Positions 37,867-50,218 of a stretch of 64,000 nt of DNA are shown here, in pieces (position 1 is the first letter of the stretch; every line of letters begins with the position of its first letter). Source of the stretch: Acanthaster planci (lineage: Eukaryota); the NCBI RefSeq assembly GCF_001949145.1, contig NW_019091362.1:999838-1063837 (forward strand). Direction: 5' to 3'. The notes below the pieces were generated by a model. It worked only from the letters and a program-made list of their open reading frames with translations. It was not told where the DNA came from and made no database searches. Position numbers and translations under genes: made by a program.

Positions 37867-40694
37867 ATTGTGTGCATTTCGATATATGTCAGTACTGGTA
37901 TACATGTACGTTTATGTGTACATTTACTAGTACATGGCAGCTCTATTTTACGTGGAATATTGCTGCTGGTAGATTGTGACATTTAGACCCAATGAAAATG
38001 TTCACATACACATACATGTACATATATGTACATGAATGTGCCTACCGTAAGTAATGAATTTTTCGTCTGTGATTGCTGATTGGTGTGCGAAATTGAGCTA
38101 AACCATGGAGAGACATTGGCACATACATGTACCTGTACATATATATTATGGAATTCATTCATCATCAGTAGGCTTGAATGATGCCATTAAAGCAGTGGAT
38201 TAACAGTCTACATGTGCATGAACTGGTGCATGCTGAAAGCAGACTCATTTCATTGTATTAAATGTTATATACTGTACACTGTTAATGTACAGTGTACATG
38301 GACTGGTACGTACGTCTCAGTTTTGTGCCAGTCCAAAAGAAAATTTGAGCTTTCTGTGCATGAACTGCCGGTATGGTGACTATAGAAGCCTACTCTGTCT
38401 ATGGGGCGGTGTGGACATCCGGGACTCTTGCCAAATGGCGGGGAGTCTTCGATGAAAACAGCCACCACGGCGGTGTGCGCGTGCACTAGCCAGCCAGAGG
38501 ATCGGATTACACAAGCATTTCTTTGATCTGTATGTCTGTGTACGTTCAATGCAGCTCTCATTGGTCGCTACCCCGCCATTTTGTGAAACCCCTGGATGTC
38601 TGCGCTTCCCCATGAGTTGTGCACTTTCCATTCTAAAACTTAATGAGTTACAATAAGTGTTTTGCATGTACCTGTAGTTGGTTGAAATATTTACCACTAT
38701 GGATGCCCAACATTCCTGAGAGAATCTCGACATCCATCATTTTTCTTCTGTCACACAGTAACTTTTCACAGGCTCTTCCCTTTGAGTGGATTTGTGTAAA
38801 ACAGACCACATGCTTTTTCTTGTTTCTGCTTTGTAATAATGATACTGCAAAGCTACATATTGGTACTAAAACAATTTTTAATGTGAAATTAATGAAGAGA
38901 AAAGAAAGAAAACAACTCTTTAATGATAAAAATTCCCTTTGAGTAGATTGGAACAACTGAGAATTAATACTGTGAAATTGCCTTAAATCTTTGCATTGTT
39001 GGCTTGTCGATACCCATTGGATGAATGTGCCGATTTTTCTTAGGAGTGATTGGCATCTGTGCAGTGTTCATGTACATCTGTGCATGTTACCGTAGATTTG
39101 CAAACAAAATCCTACTGGTACCTGGTATGTTTAGCGAAAGAAAACTTTCGTTTTCCTTTTTCGGTATGTTGGTAGAGCTTCACCAGTTGAGAGCAGTGGA
39201 AATATTGGGATGACAACAGTGTGAACATCAAATGCATTTGTAAAGAAGTGAATTGAAAAACTTCTTGGACAGTTCTTCCCCTGGCCTCAAAATGCATGTG
39301 TTAATGCAATCAGGATAATGTGACATTACGGAATGGCAAAGGTCATGAAACAGATACTCACGATCTGCTTTGACTGCACATGGTAATGTACATGTACAGT
39401 ACATGTACTCGTACATTGTACCGGTACAGTGTTCATGTACGGTACATGGACATGTACATGTATGTCATGCATATTATTGCTGCAATCAGGACTGCACCTG
39501 GTAAATCATTTGTGGAACCCAATAAGAGAATGTTTATGATGTTTCTGTAATTGAATTCCTCAAACAGACTCCTCTGTAGGCTCATCTCCTGGGATTTTTT
39601 CCTAAGATAACCCGTATTGCAATATACCTGTAGCTGATTTACCTGCTTCTGTAATTCAGTTTATAATGGTAAAACTGAAATTACCGGCAACTAGAACAAA
39701 CACTGAACACATAAGAGTTTTGTTCTAATAGTTTAAGATTATTTTAAAGAAAATGTATGCATTTATTTTTCAATCTTATGTAAGCCTATACCCGTACAAA
39801 AGTATGGACTTGTGCTTAAGCAGTGCATGTACAAGTTAAAGTACAGTTGTTTTTGAATATTATCCAGCAAAGTCAGATAATTATTTTGGTATCATTTCAA
39901 AAAAGGTTGAGGGATGTATAACAATATTTAGTCTCCGTTTCTGTAAATTAGTTCTGGACTGTTAGTCCACCACTCTTCAAGTTACTTTACACTGTCAGTA
40001 TGTTGGAAATGTTGAGGCAAGTCATGAGTCAGATTTGAAAGGAGTTGGGGGTTAGAGTCTGAGGGACAAGGACACACACTGACTTATCCTGTGCAATCCC
40101 TCATGGAATACCGGTACAAAACTTGCAGGATAATTTGCTTCTCAAATTGTGTTGTTTCTAACAATCCATCTGGATTTCCTTCTTCAAGATCTCAAAATTC
40201 ATGCTGCTCCCTGCAGAGTTATCAGGGTTTAGTTGGGAATAATTGTACAGGTAATTTTGGAACTGTGGTCAGGTATTCATGGAACACAGGTGACAGCTGT
40301 ACACAGAGTAAAGGTCGAAGCAAGTTGTTTGTCACACCGCTCTCTTCATCCGATGGACGCATTCATACAGAAGCATTGTCTGATACAGTACGAATACGAA
40401 ACCCAAGTTCTTTTGACAAATGAACAGAAGGGTAAATCATGGCTTCCTGTATTCAAGAGTTACAAGAAAGGATATGAATGCAATTCACTTTTCGGAAGTA
40501 CGTAGGCAGCACAGTGATTGCCCTCAACGTATTGGCTACTTGAACGACAGGAAAAAAAATCATGCCAGAATACCGGTACCTTCTATTTCTTCAGAAAGAA
40601 CTGCTTTCTTTTTGTCTCCTCCACTTTAGGAACAGTTATCATCTACATGTGCATGTACGTACATGTACATGTATAATTTATGAAAAGGATTAAA

Positions 40695-40965
40695 TTTTGG
40701 AGGATTGAGGGTGAATGGCAAAGGTGCATGGCTGATTGCAAAGGATGCCATGAGTGAACATCCTGGGTTAGGCCTTGTGTTGTGCTTGCTCAGTCATGCA
40801 TGAATTCAGCCCAGTATTTCTTGAGAACAACCGCACTGCTCAAAAATGTCATCCAGACTGCCTTGACACAATCAGAGGAATTGCTGAAGGATTTTGGAGG
40901 ATTGAGGCTGAATGTGATTAGTCATGTCAAAAATGGGAGGATTTTGGAGGATTGAGGATGATTTC
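40695..40965 (+). repeat. Dispersed repeat family (GGATTTTGGAGGATTGAGG motif); inverted relative at about 58620-58980, fragment at about 30430
   Basis: Shared motifs such as TGGCTGATTGCA.A.GGATG and GGAGGATTGAGGATG / CATCCTCAATCC. Confidence 0.6.
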
Positions 40966-42675
40966 GAGTAGAAAGGCCTTGGGGATTACAGTATATTAAT
41001 GTAATTCATAAAAGATTCTACCTGAGTTACATGTACATGTAGTTGGGATTCTTAATTCCAGTCACAGACTTCCTCTAAGACAGTGGTTTAGGTACAGTGT
41101 TGTTGTACATCCAGTTGATTCCTTCCTGTTTCCTACGGAAATTCCGGTGATTCTGTTGTGTGAAGGATTTATTAGCCAACAAAATGGGGCAATATCAGTG
41201 CAGAATGTTGCGAGTTTACTGTTAACAAGGCCTTGGATTGTCCGGTGAATTTTTTTTGTTCAAAATTCTAAAGTTTTTTTACTTGGAAAATTGTAAACTG
41301 GTTATACTATGAATAACACTAGCATTTTTTGTGGGTCAGATCTCATCCATCACACAGCAAACTTTTCAGCAAACTTGCACTCCTCTCTGACAGAAAGTTG
41401 TACGAACAATTTGCCCTAGATAACAGCACCCCAGCTTACAAATATCTATAGAAAAGTAAACAGCTTTCTTCTCAATAGACTGTATTTGTTTGTCAGCCAC
41501 TCAGCCATCTTGAATTGAAAGTGAGGTGAGCCTTTTATTTTGCAAGCCTGTGAGTAAAAATAAATTCATGTCAGTTTATGTTGACTCTAATGTAAAATTT
41601 GTGATGAATTCCATCTACATCATGTTGTAAGCCACAGGTATTAAAAAAAGAAAGAAAGTGAGACATGGGCCCCAATTGCTGGTAGTCTGGTACCACCCCA
41701 TTGAACAAATTTTATCGAATATGATTGGTTGAGGGAACGAGATTGGAAACAGCTTCTCTGTGAAGAAGGTCTTATTATAGCAAAGAAAAAAAGCCTGTGC
41801 AACTTTTGAGATTTTTATTTACAGCTTTTTAAAAATTATGTACCGGTACCTGTAAGGCTGTATGTACCCGTAGTTCATCTACATGTAATTGTGAGTGAGA
41901 AAAAACTCATGAATTGAATGAATGGTTTACTAAATAACATGGTTTCTGAATTCAGTGTTTTACTGGGCTAATGTCAAGAAGAAATTTACAAGCTGGTGGA
42001 TGAAGACAGCTACTGTAACTGCTAATACATGTACGTACATATACATGTACATGTAAGATTCTCTAGTGGGAAAAGGACTTACACATGTACATGCAATTGC
42101 ATAAAGTGCATTCCACTACGCAGGACACAGGTGCATGGCTTGGGGATCCTCTCGGGATTGTGATCATTAAAGGCCGGGAGATCCCATAGACAGTGTGGCT
42201 CCCTAGCCAAACAGATGGTGTGGGCCATGTGGCCGGGTCACTTGCTCTTGAAGAAGGTTACTCCAGGTTGTTCAGATGTATCCTCTGGTGTTGAAGTTGA
42301 GACTTGAAAGTTCTGTCGTCTGGATGGTATTTTTTGTTCCATCCCTACCAGAAGAGTCCATGGTTTCATGTGTACAGGTACCGTGTGTACGTACACGTAG
42401 GCCCACATGTCAGTACACATTTTGTGCAGGAATACTAGTACCGGTACTTTGGTCTTTAGTTTAGCTCAAGATGGAACCTAAATATGTGTAGGCAGGAGGC
42501 CAACATACATGTAACTTTGTTTCTTCACTGTTTCTTATCTTTAGTATGAACAGCGTGCCATGATTTGCATACTGATTTGGTAATGAATTAGAATGCATAC
42601 TGGTACATGTATCCATGCAAGACATCTGGAACTTGAGCTGCACACTGAGCGAAGTTTTGTTTATGCAGTACATTG

Positions 42676-42771
42676 TGATTGAAACTTAACACCAAAATAG
42701 GAAAATCCTTTCCCGTTTTTTCTCTTCCCAGGGAACTCCTTTTCATTTCACAAATTGTGAAAAAGTGTGCC
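42676..42771 (+). repeat. Dispersed repeat; second copy at about 47286-47381
   Basis: GATTGAAA.TTAACACCAAAAT.GGAAAATC...TCTCTTCCCAGGGAA.TCCTTTTCATTTCACAAATTGTGAAAAAGTGTGCCA is present twice. Confidence 0.85.
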
Positions 42772-43819
42772 AAAAGTGGGGAAAAGTTGTGGGGGGGGGG
42801 AAAGTTGTGGTCCAAATGCGAATGCAAATTCCTTTTGCATTTTTTCCCATTCCCTTTGCCAGCATTATTTTTCAAATGCAATGTACTGTACATTGTATAC
42901 CTTCATGTTATACATGTAGAGTAAAGTCAGGTGACAGCTGTTGTCCAGACAGCAACCCTGATCAGCTTGTCACTATATGTGACTCACCTTCCCAAAACCA
43001 GGCTGAAGTCAGTCTTTGTGATTTTGGGCAAATTCCTCTCCTTCAGCTCTTTTTTTTAACAATTTAAGGTGATCCATGTTAAATCCAAATTCTGTCTGCA
43101 GTAAGCTTCTTATGGGTAGTAATAGCTGTAAAACTCCCCTGAAAATCTGAACAGTGGAAGTTCTGCTATTTGAGGGTGATGATGTTACCGACTTAAACCT
43201 GGTTTTGGGATGGTGGGTCACATATGGCTCCAATAGGAGACTTGTGTGCGCTGCACATAGATTTCAATGTACTTGTACACACATACGTACATTGATTACT
43301 GTTTACATGGAACCGGAAGTTAACATGCAACTTCAGTGATCGTCCAATGGGAGCCTGCAAATCGTGGTGCATCCACGTGTACCTATTGCAGCTCTGATTG
43401 TTACTTTATAAAAACCTTTTTGTGTAAGCACAGTAAAATCGTGAAAAATTAAAATATGAAAAATTGAAACTCCATTTATCTTGAAGACAATGATACATCG
43501 GCACCTCTTTGCCGCTTAAAGACTAGGCTTAATAAATATATCTATGGATGTCCATAACTTGAAATGTCCAGTGCCACTGGTACAGTTGCTAACCTCAAAA
43601 TTTTTGTGAGGCAATTCCCAAAGAAACTGCTGCTGAAATGCTTGAAAAAAGTGTATAAGGAATGTGAGACTTTAATTATGAGTCATTACTGCCAGGGGCA
43701 CTTGGTCTTTTGCCACTGCGTGCATGCTGTCAATGTGATCGAGTAGTGATGTATACATGTACATGTACCACCCTATAACCACAACAAATCCTGGCTTCCA
43801 GGTAAGCCCGATTGCCACC

Positions 43820-44005
43820 ACAGGCCCAGTTGTAGCTTGTACGCCGGCAGTCCAATCGTTGATGTTTGCAGTGGCCATGTGACTGCAAAAGGAAAAGTCA
43901 TGTGATCAAACATAGCAAAACCCAAGTGAAAATCCCATGCACAGAGCATTGCACTCTAGTATAGGCAGGATAGACCAATCGACACAAAAGAAAGATGTGC
44001 CACAC
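43820..44005 (+). repeat. Old dispersed repeat; diverged direct copy at about 45745-45930
   Basis: Co-linear blocks TTGTAGC..GGCCATGTGA..GTCATGTGA..CATAG.AAAACCCAAGTGAAA..TAGACCAA..CAAAAG. Confidence 0.65.
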
Positions 44006-47000
44006 TGGTTCATGGTTTGAGAACGTTAAAAATTTCAGTACAGTGGTGATATGACGAGCATACACCATTAGAATAAATAAAAAAAAGGAAAGTAACCTCA
44101 ATAACAGTTGTCAGTAGCCACAATGGAGCAAGTATGGTTACATACTGTACCTGTACAGTGTGCACATGTGAAAATATACATGTATGTTCTGTACACATGC
44201 TTTTATGAGTGGGTATGACTTGACTCCAAATCTGGATACCTTAGGTTTTTATCCATTCCCCTGAGGTTCAAGTTGCTAAGATTTCACTGTACTTTTTTTT
44301 TTGCAATAATTTCTCTGTCTGTCTGACATGGCAGGCAGATAGAAATGAAATTCTTTCATGGAAAGCAGATGAAATGAAAGTCTTTTTACACGTTCCCATG
44401 ATTAAAGGAAGTGGAAAATAGGGAAATTTTGCAGGATCAAACTCAGTTTCATCCAGAAATGTAAGAATTGTAAAATGTTAATTGTTGATGCACTGTGGTA
44501 CATGTACATAGTAGGCCTACTGTACATGTACTTTATATGTGTACATGTACACACATATATACCAGTAGGAAAAACATGCATAATATTTTTCAAAGTTGAA
44601 ATTAATCTGCAGTGTCTAGTTACGGGATGTTTGACGTTATACATGTACATGTAGAAGAGCATCTGTTGTTTGAAAATAATTGTGACAAGATTAACGTGTA
44701 GCAGTTATCGTAAATTTGAGCTGTCTCTGTTCCCACCAGTGAATTGCTGGTACTGGTGCCAATAGTCATAATGTACAGTACATGTACTTTCATACTTCGA
44801 GTCGTGACTCAAGGTCAGTGGCTCCCTTTGATTCCACCATGCTGCAGACTTAAGCCACTTTTGGATTGGAGCCAGTAAAGCAAAAACGTGGCGTGTACAG
44901 CTGTGCAGTACTGGAACATCCATGTACTGCTACAGTACATCATTTCCATTTTTATATGGCAAATGGACTAAGACCTGGACCCTGACCCTATGTGTGGCAT
45001 GTGACCTTAACTCCAGCACTGTGGGGCTGTTTACTTTCTATCCAGGTGGGTTTCATTAGTTGTGCATGCATGTACATGTATACAGGAAGGTATTTGGGCA
45101 AAGCAAGTGATATTCAAGCAACCAAGCTTCAGAGCTCAAGTTAACCACAGAGGATTTTGCGGGAGTAATATGTATTCCTTGAGGTGTGGCTGGTATAAGC
45201 TTGCAAGTATTTTTAAGAAAAAAAATAGGAGCTGAGATGACTATCCCAATGGTGATACATGTACCAGTACATACTACTCATATTCCAATAAAACTATTTA
45301 TGTCTTCATGAGTGCTATGTATGATGTTGAAAAGGGATGGCATTATTCAGGGCCGTGCCGAGTATCCAGGTATCAGCAGCCCTACTACTACTGATTATCA
45401 TTTACTGGTACATGTGGACCTGCTTCCATTTTGTCAATTGTATCCCTTGAAATTGCATTCAGAAAGGCAAGCAACCTTTTCTTCACTTAGTTGCTGATAA
45501 TTGTTTGAAAAAAATGATGGGAAAAATATGTTCTGAGTCTGTTTACCGACAATTTTCTCAATGTCTAGATTGCAGATGAATCAACGAAAAGAACCAGTCA
45601 CGACACGCTACACATGCAACTTACCATAGGCTGGCTAGCTTTGCTTAGTGCACGTTGGTCTTTCTATACTAGAATCACTTGTCATGCTCACAAACCAACC
45701 TGTAACCGTAATACATGTACAGCTCGTCTGATTGCTACCAGGTACCCAATTGTAGCCTGCTAGCATGCAATCCAGTCACTGACTCTGCAGAGGCCATGTG
45801 AGTGTAACTGCTGAAAGAAAGGTCATGTGACTGCACATAGGAAAACCCAAGTGAAAGCAAGCCCCCGATTATGCACTGTATGTCGCTCTGTAAAGACATA
45901 GACCAAACGTTACAAAAGTTTTGCCATGTGAATGTACAACCTGTAAGTGCCTTATTGCTGATTTATTAATAGAAAAGTAGACTCGTTGGAAAATACTTGA
46001 CTACTATGTTTTTGTTATTGTTTTAATAATGATTATGGGCACTTGGGTACCCGCCCATCAGTGGAATCGGATACCCAGTTCCCAAACTACCCATAAATGT
46101 ATACCACTAAAATTTTTTAGGGTTAGTCGCTGTAGTTTAAAAATAGTCTGCATATATCAAAGCTACATGTACATGTATGTGTGTATGCATTGTGCACTGC
46201 CATATTTTTAAAACGGTGTTTTTTTCAGACTTTGTAAGAAGTGTTTTGCATTTGCCGTTTCTTTAGATTTGATGAATAGCTATGAATACCATTTGCAAAG
46301 TTTCCGCAACCCCAGTGAACTTTCAGACACTGTAATGTCACTGTCGGGTCGCACTGATTCAAAAACACTTGAGAATGCATGCATCCATTTATCTTCTGTA
46401 GTGCCATGTAACTAACCCCTCTGAATAAGGTGTATCATTGCTACCCCTGCACTTGTGAACTTTACTTTAGATACTGTCCTGTCATCAGTTGACACAAAGT
46501 TTATCAGCAATGCAGGGCTTGACGGTGGCATACCAAGTTGCGGGTGTTTCATTTTGAACACGACTTTACAAACTACATGTAGACATGTTGTAATAGACGT
46601 TGTGTGTTGGGGAGATGATCTGAATACCCTTGACAAGATGGGGTGTTTTTACCTCTATCGATGGATGCGTCACATGTCGGTACTAGTACATCAGCTATAA
46701 CTACACGTAGATACATTTGTTTTGTTTGAATGCAGTTTAAGAATTCACTTCAGAGTCATGTACACGTACAATGTACATGGCATTCATGTACATGTACGGT
46801 ACATACATCGTACAAGTTGCTTGGCACGTAAGTGTATGCTTTGGATTGTAGAGACTGCCCACATGTACCGGTATACCAGTACATGTACATGTATAGTTGT
46901 ACATGTACATGTTCCATTTCCTCCCTCTGTGTATAATGTACATGTATGCATGAGCGTAATATCCGTGCTGCACTATAAGAACCAACAGTAAAACCTTACA

Positions 47001-47285
47001 GGCACGCTTTTTACTGTGCTCTGCATGCATGTACAAGCACCTGTGCCTTCATCTAAAGTAATAAGGCTGTATAGATCAAGTCATTTAAGAATAACACATG
47101 AACAGTGTACCAGTACATATCATGACTTTTTACCATTAATACAAGTCTGTATGAGGATGTGTGGACTCGAATAAAATGGTCATCTTCAGTGGTAACTAAC
47201 GAACTCTTCCTTCGTCCTGCCCCAAACTGGAAGCCACTTGCATTACACATGCAGTGTGTTGGAAATACAGTACATGTACAACATT

Positions 47286-47575
47286 GCGATTGAAAGTTAA
47301 CACCAAAATGGGAAAATCTTTTCACATTTTTTCTCTTCCCAGGGAATTCCTTTTCATTTCACAAATTGTGAAAAAGTGTGCCACACCTTTTCACACAAGT
47401 GAGAAAATATTTTTCACAGATTTTCCCCCAAGTGGAAAAGATTTTGACGCTTTTTCCCACAAATGAGAAAGATTTTCACAGATTTTCCTACAAGTGGGAA
47501 AGATTTTCACACTTTTTCTCACAAGTGGGAAGAGATTTTCACAGATTTTCTCTGTGAGTGGGGAAATAATTTTGC
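47286..47575 (+). repeat. Copy of the 42676 repeat followed by a ~30-31 bp minisatellite (TTTTCCCACAAGTGGGAAAGATTTTCACAGA, ~6 units)
   Basis: Directly visible tandem units at 47388-47575. Confidence 0.85.
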
Positions 47576-49054
47576 AAGCTTTCTTCATTAAGTAGTATTT
47601 GTGCATGTACATGTAGACATCAGGAAGTTTTTGTTCGCTGTGGTTTCAAACATGCCCATCTCCGAATATGGAAAGCGGAGGAAAATCAGTCTGAGACAAA
47701 AGTAAGTCTGAGACAAATGTACTTTAATCCTCTGGAATATCCAGAAGATTACTTGAGGAAAACCGCATTAAACTTTCAGGGCAGTATGTTTCTTGGTTGT
47801 GAGCAAAATACAATGTACAATGCTACAGGCGAAATTAAAACTATGCCTAGATAGTTTCTGACGTCATGTCCTCAGGATGTACATGTAGTCACATGTATTT
47901 TGAGGTCTCAATGCAGGCAACTGTTCAGTGAAGGGTGACTTGCTACAGGGCCATTGCAGGGTTCATTCAGTGATGGCCAGTCAGTGTAAGCACTTCATTC
48001 ACACTGTGCATGTGCATGTACAATATGTACTCGTACATTACAAATGTACCGGTATCTAAACTTAGGAGCCCTTCAACAGAAACCATTTAACATGTCTCTG
48101 GGCCTTGATAGTTTGAGTCATGTACCCCCCCAAAAAAAACACGCTATTAACAAGAACAAAACCAGAAAGGAATGTACCTGGTACACAGTCCATGGGAAAA
48201 CTGCTTGGTATGCGAAAAGAGCTTTTTACATGTGGGTAATTCTAGAAATAAGGGTTCCAAAAGTGCGACATTTTTGTGTTCCTGTTACATCTGACCTTTG
48301 TTATTTGGCATGGAAATATCACTGGAATTGATTTCAAACTATTACTGTTTGTTTGGCAGGTAATTTGCATTAATTCATCGCTCTTGGAAATTACAAAATG
48401 TGTTCCCAACTTAGAAAATCATGTCAGATGTGACAGGGACATCAAAAAAATTGACCCCTAATTTTTGGAATTACCCATGTACGTGTATTTGGAAGGGGGA
48501 ATGCTGTAAAATTTGGAATTTACTATACAGTGTAGTCACATTTACAGGTGCATTATAGAGGCCAAAGATATGAGGACCCAAACACTCACAGAAATTGCTC
48601 CTTTCCAGGGATAACATGTGTTCCCAAACTGACAAACGGCTAAGTGCACAAGCGACTTACAATCATTTTAAAACTATTCTTTGTGTGAAAGCCAATTTTT
48701 ATGTGTTTTGTAGTGGGTGTATGCTTGAGATAGTACATGTATTTGCCAAATAGATGTCATCTCTGCGTAAATGCCAACCACATGATTCATAATAAAGGTG
48801 CGATGGATTTTCTTGGTTGCAACAATTCATTATTGGCAGAGGGAAAGTGTTAATTTTTAATACCATTAGACTGTGATGTGTTAGGAACAACTTTCTTTGA
48901 GCCCTGTGTGCATTTGCGTTTCATAAGCGTTTATCATTTCTCTTACACCGGAACAGTGATGATGAATCACAATTGTGAACAGTCATGCATTATACACGGA
49001 GTTACTCACTCCATATTCTTTGTCACAACATTTGGACAAAGACCATTAATTTAA

Positions 49055-49168
49055 CCCTCCTATGCTGAAGTCACGTCACTGTGCATGTTTGAGTTCCATA
49101 CAGAAACTGCATGCTCACCAGTGACTGTGGGCATTAGTGCACATTTGTGCTGTAAAACCATAGGAGGG
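49055..49168. mobile_element. Short piggyBac-like MITE (114 bp)
   Basis: TTAA|CCCTCCTATG...CATAGGAGGG|TTAA: perfect 10-bp TIR and TTAA TSD. Confidence 0.85.
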
Positions 49169-49873
49169 TTAAGTCGTTCGTTTTTCTTGTCACAAATTCA
49201 GGCTAAGAGAACAGGTTCTGAAATACTGACTATGATTCGCAAGAGATGGCTTCAACTCTTTTGGCCGTTCATCTTTCATCAACTATTCCAGAGCAACTGA
49301 TGAAAGATGCTATTCATAAACATCCATCACATGTACTGGTACATGTACGTGTACATACATGTACATGTTCAGGAGAAATACATGTACCACAGTTCTACTG
49401 TACAGAACTAAAGGGATGATACTGTATGGTCATCCAGCCTGCATTTACAGTACATGTGTGCATGTGTGCGCTTATACATGGGACCTTGTGGGGTACCAGA
49501 ACAATGGGAAGTACCCCACAAGGCCAGTTTTTACCTTTTGGGGTACCAAAATTGGTACCCCACAAGGTAAAAACCAACCAAAATTGGTACCCCACAAGAA
49601 TTTCACGAAACTGATATTTGGAAATAACTCAAAAATCTGTCGCAAATTGAAGTGTTTTACATAAGGAACATACGGTCGAAATTTCAACCCAAGAAAGTTA
49701 AATTTGGTTTAAATTGGAGTGATTTGAATATTTGTGCGTGTTGTGTGGGAGTTTTGTACACGAGAACAAAGGAAATACCCCACAGGTGTAGTTGTGTAAG
49801 GATGTATGCATACACGTGTACAGGTATTTCCAAGGATGGATTTGCGTCGGGGAGATGTGAATTAATTTTATAT

Positions 49874-50218
49874 TTTTGCCCTGCCCGGCATGTATTATAC
49901 CACTGCATTCGCAGTGTTTGCCCCCGAAGGCTTGTGAAACAACCACAAGCATACTCGGGTGGGACTCGAACCCACAACCTCCTGCTTACTAGTGCAGACA
50001 TCTTGTTTAGTTGTTCGGGGTACCCGCTTCTACATCTAACTCAAACCAGCCAGCCAACACTGGCAAGTTTGGTGGTCGAGTGGTTAAGACATCTGCACTA
50101 GTAAGCAGGAAGTTGTGGGTTCGAGTCCCACCCAAGTATGCTTGTTTTTTTTTCACATGCCTTCAGGGGCAAATACTGAGTATACAATGTTCATATATAC
50201 ACGTTGGGCAGGGCAAAA
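49874..50218. mobile_element. Inverted (head-to-head) pair of tRNA-Thr(AGT)-derived SINE-like units
   Basis: Right arm has A-box TGGTCGAGTGG (50073-50083), B-box GGTTCGAGTCC (50118-50128) and D, anticodon and T stems; left arm 49874-50004 is its reverse complement lacking the A-box. Confidence 0.8.

Noticed and set aside
47388..47575. CRISPR-like ~30 bp repeats
   Set aside because: The units are directly tandem without spacers, so this is an ordinary minisatellite.
50062..50138. Functional tRNA-Thr gene
   Set aside because: The anticodon loop is 8 nt, the acceptor stem is imperfect, and it continues into a body shared with the inverted copy, so it is treated as a tRNA-derived repeat.
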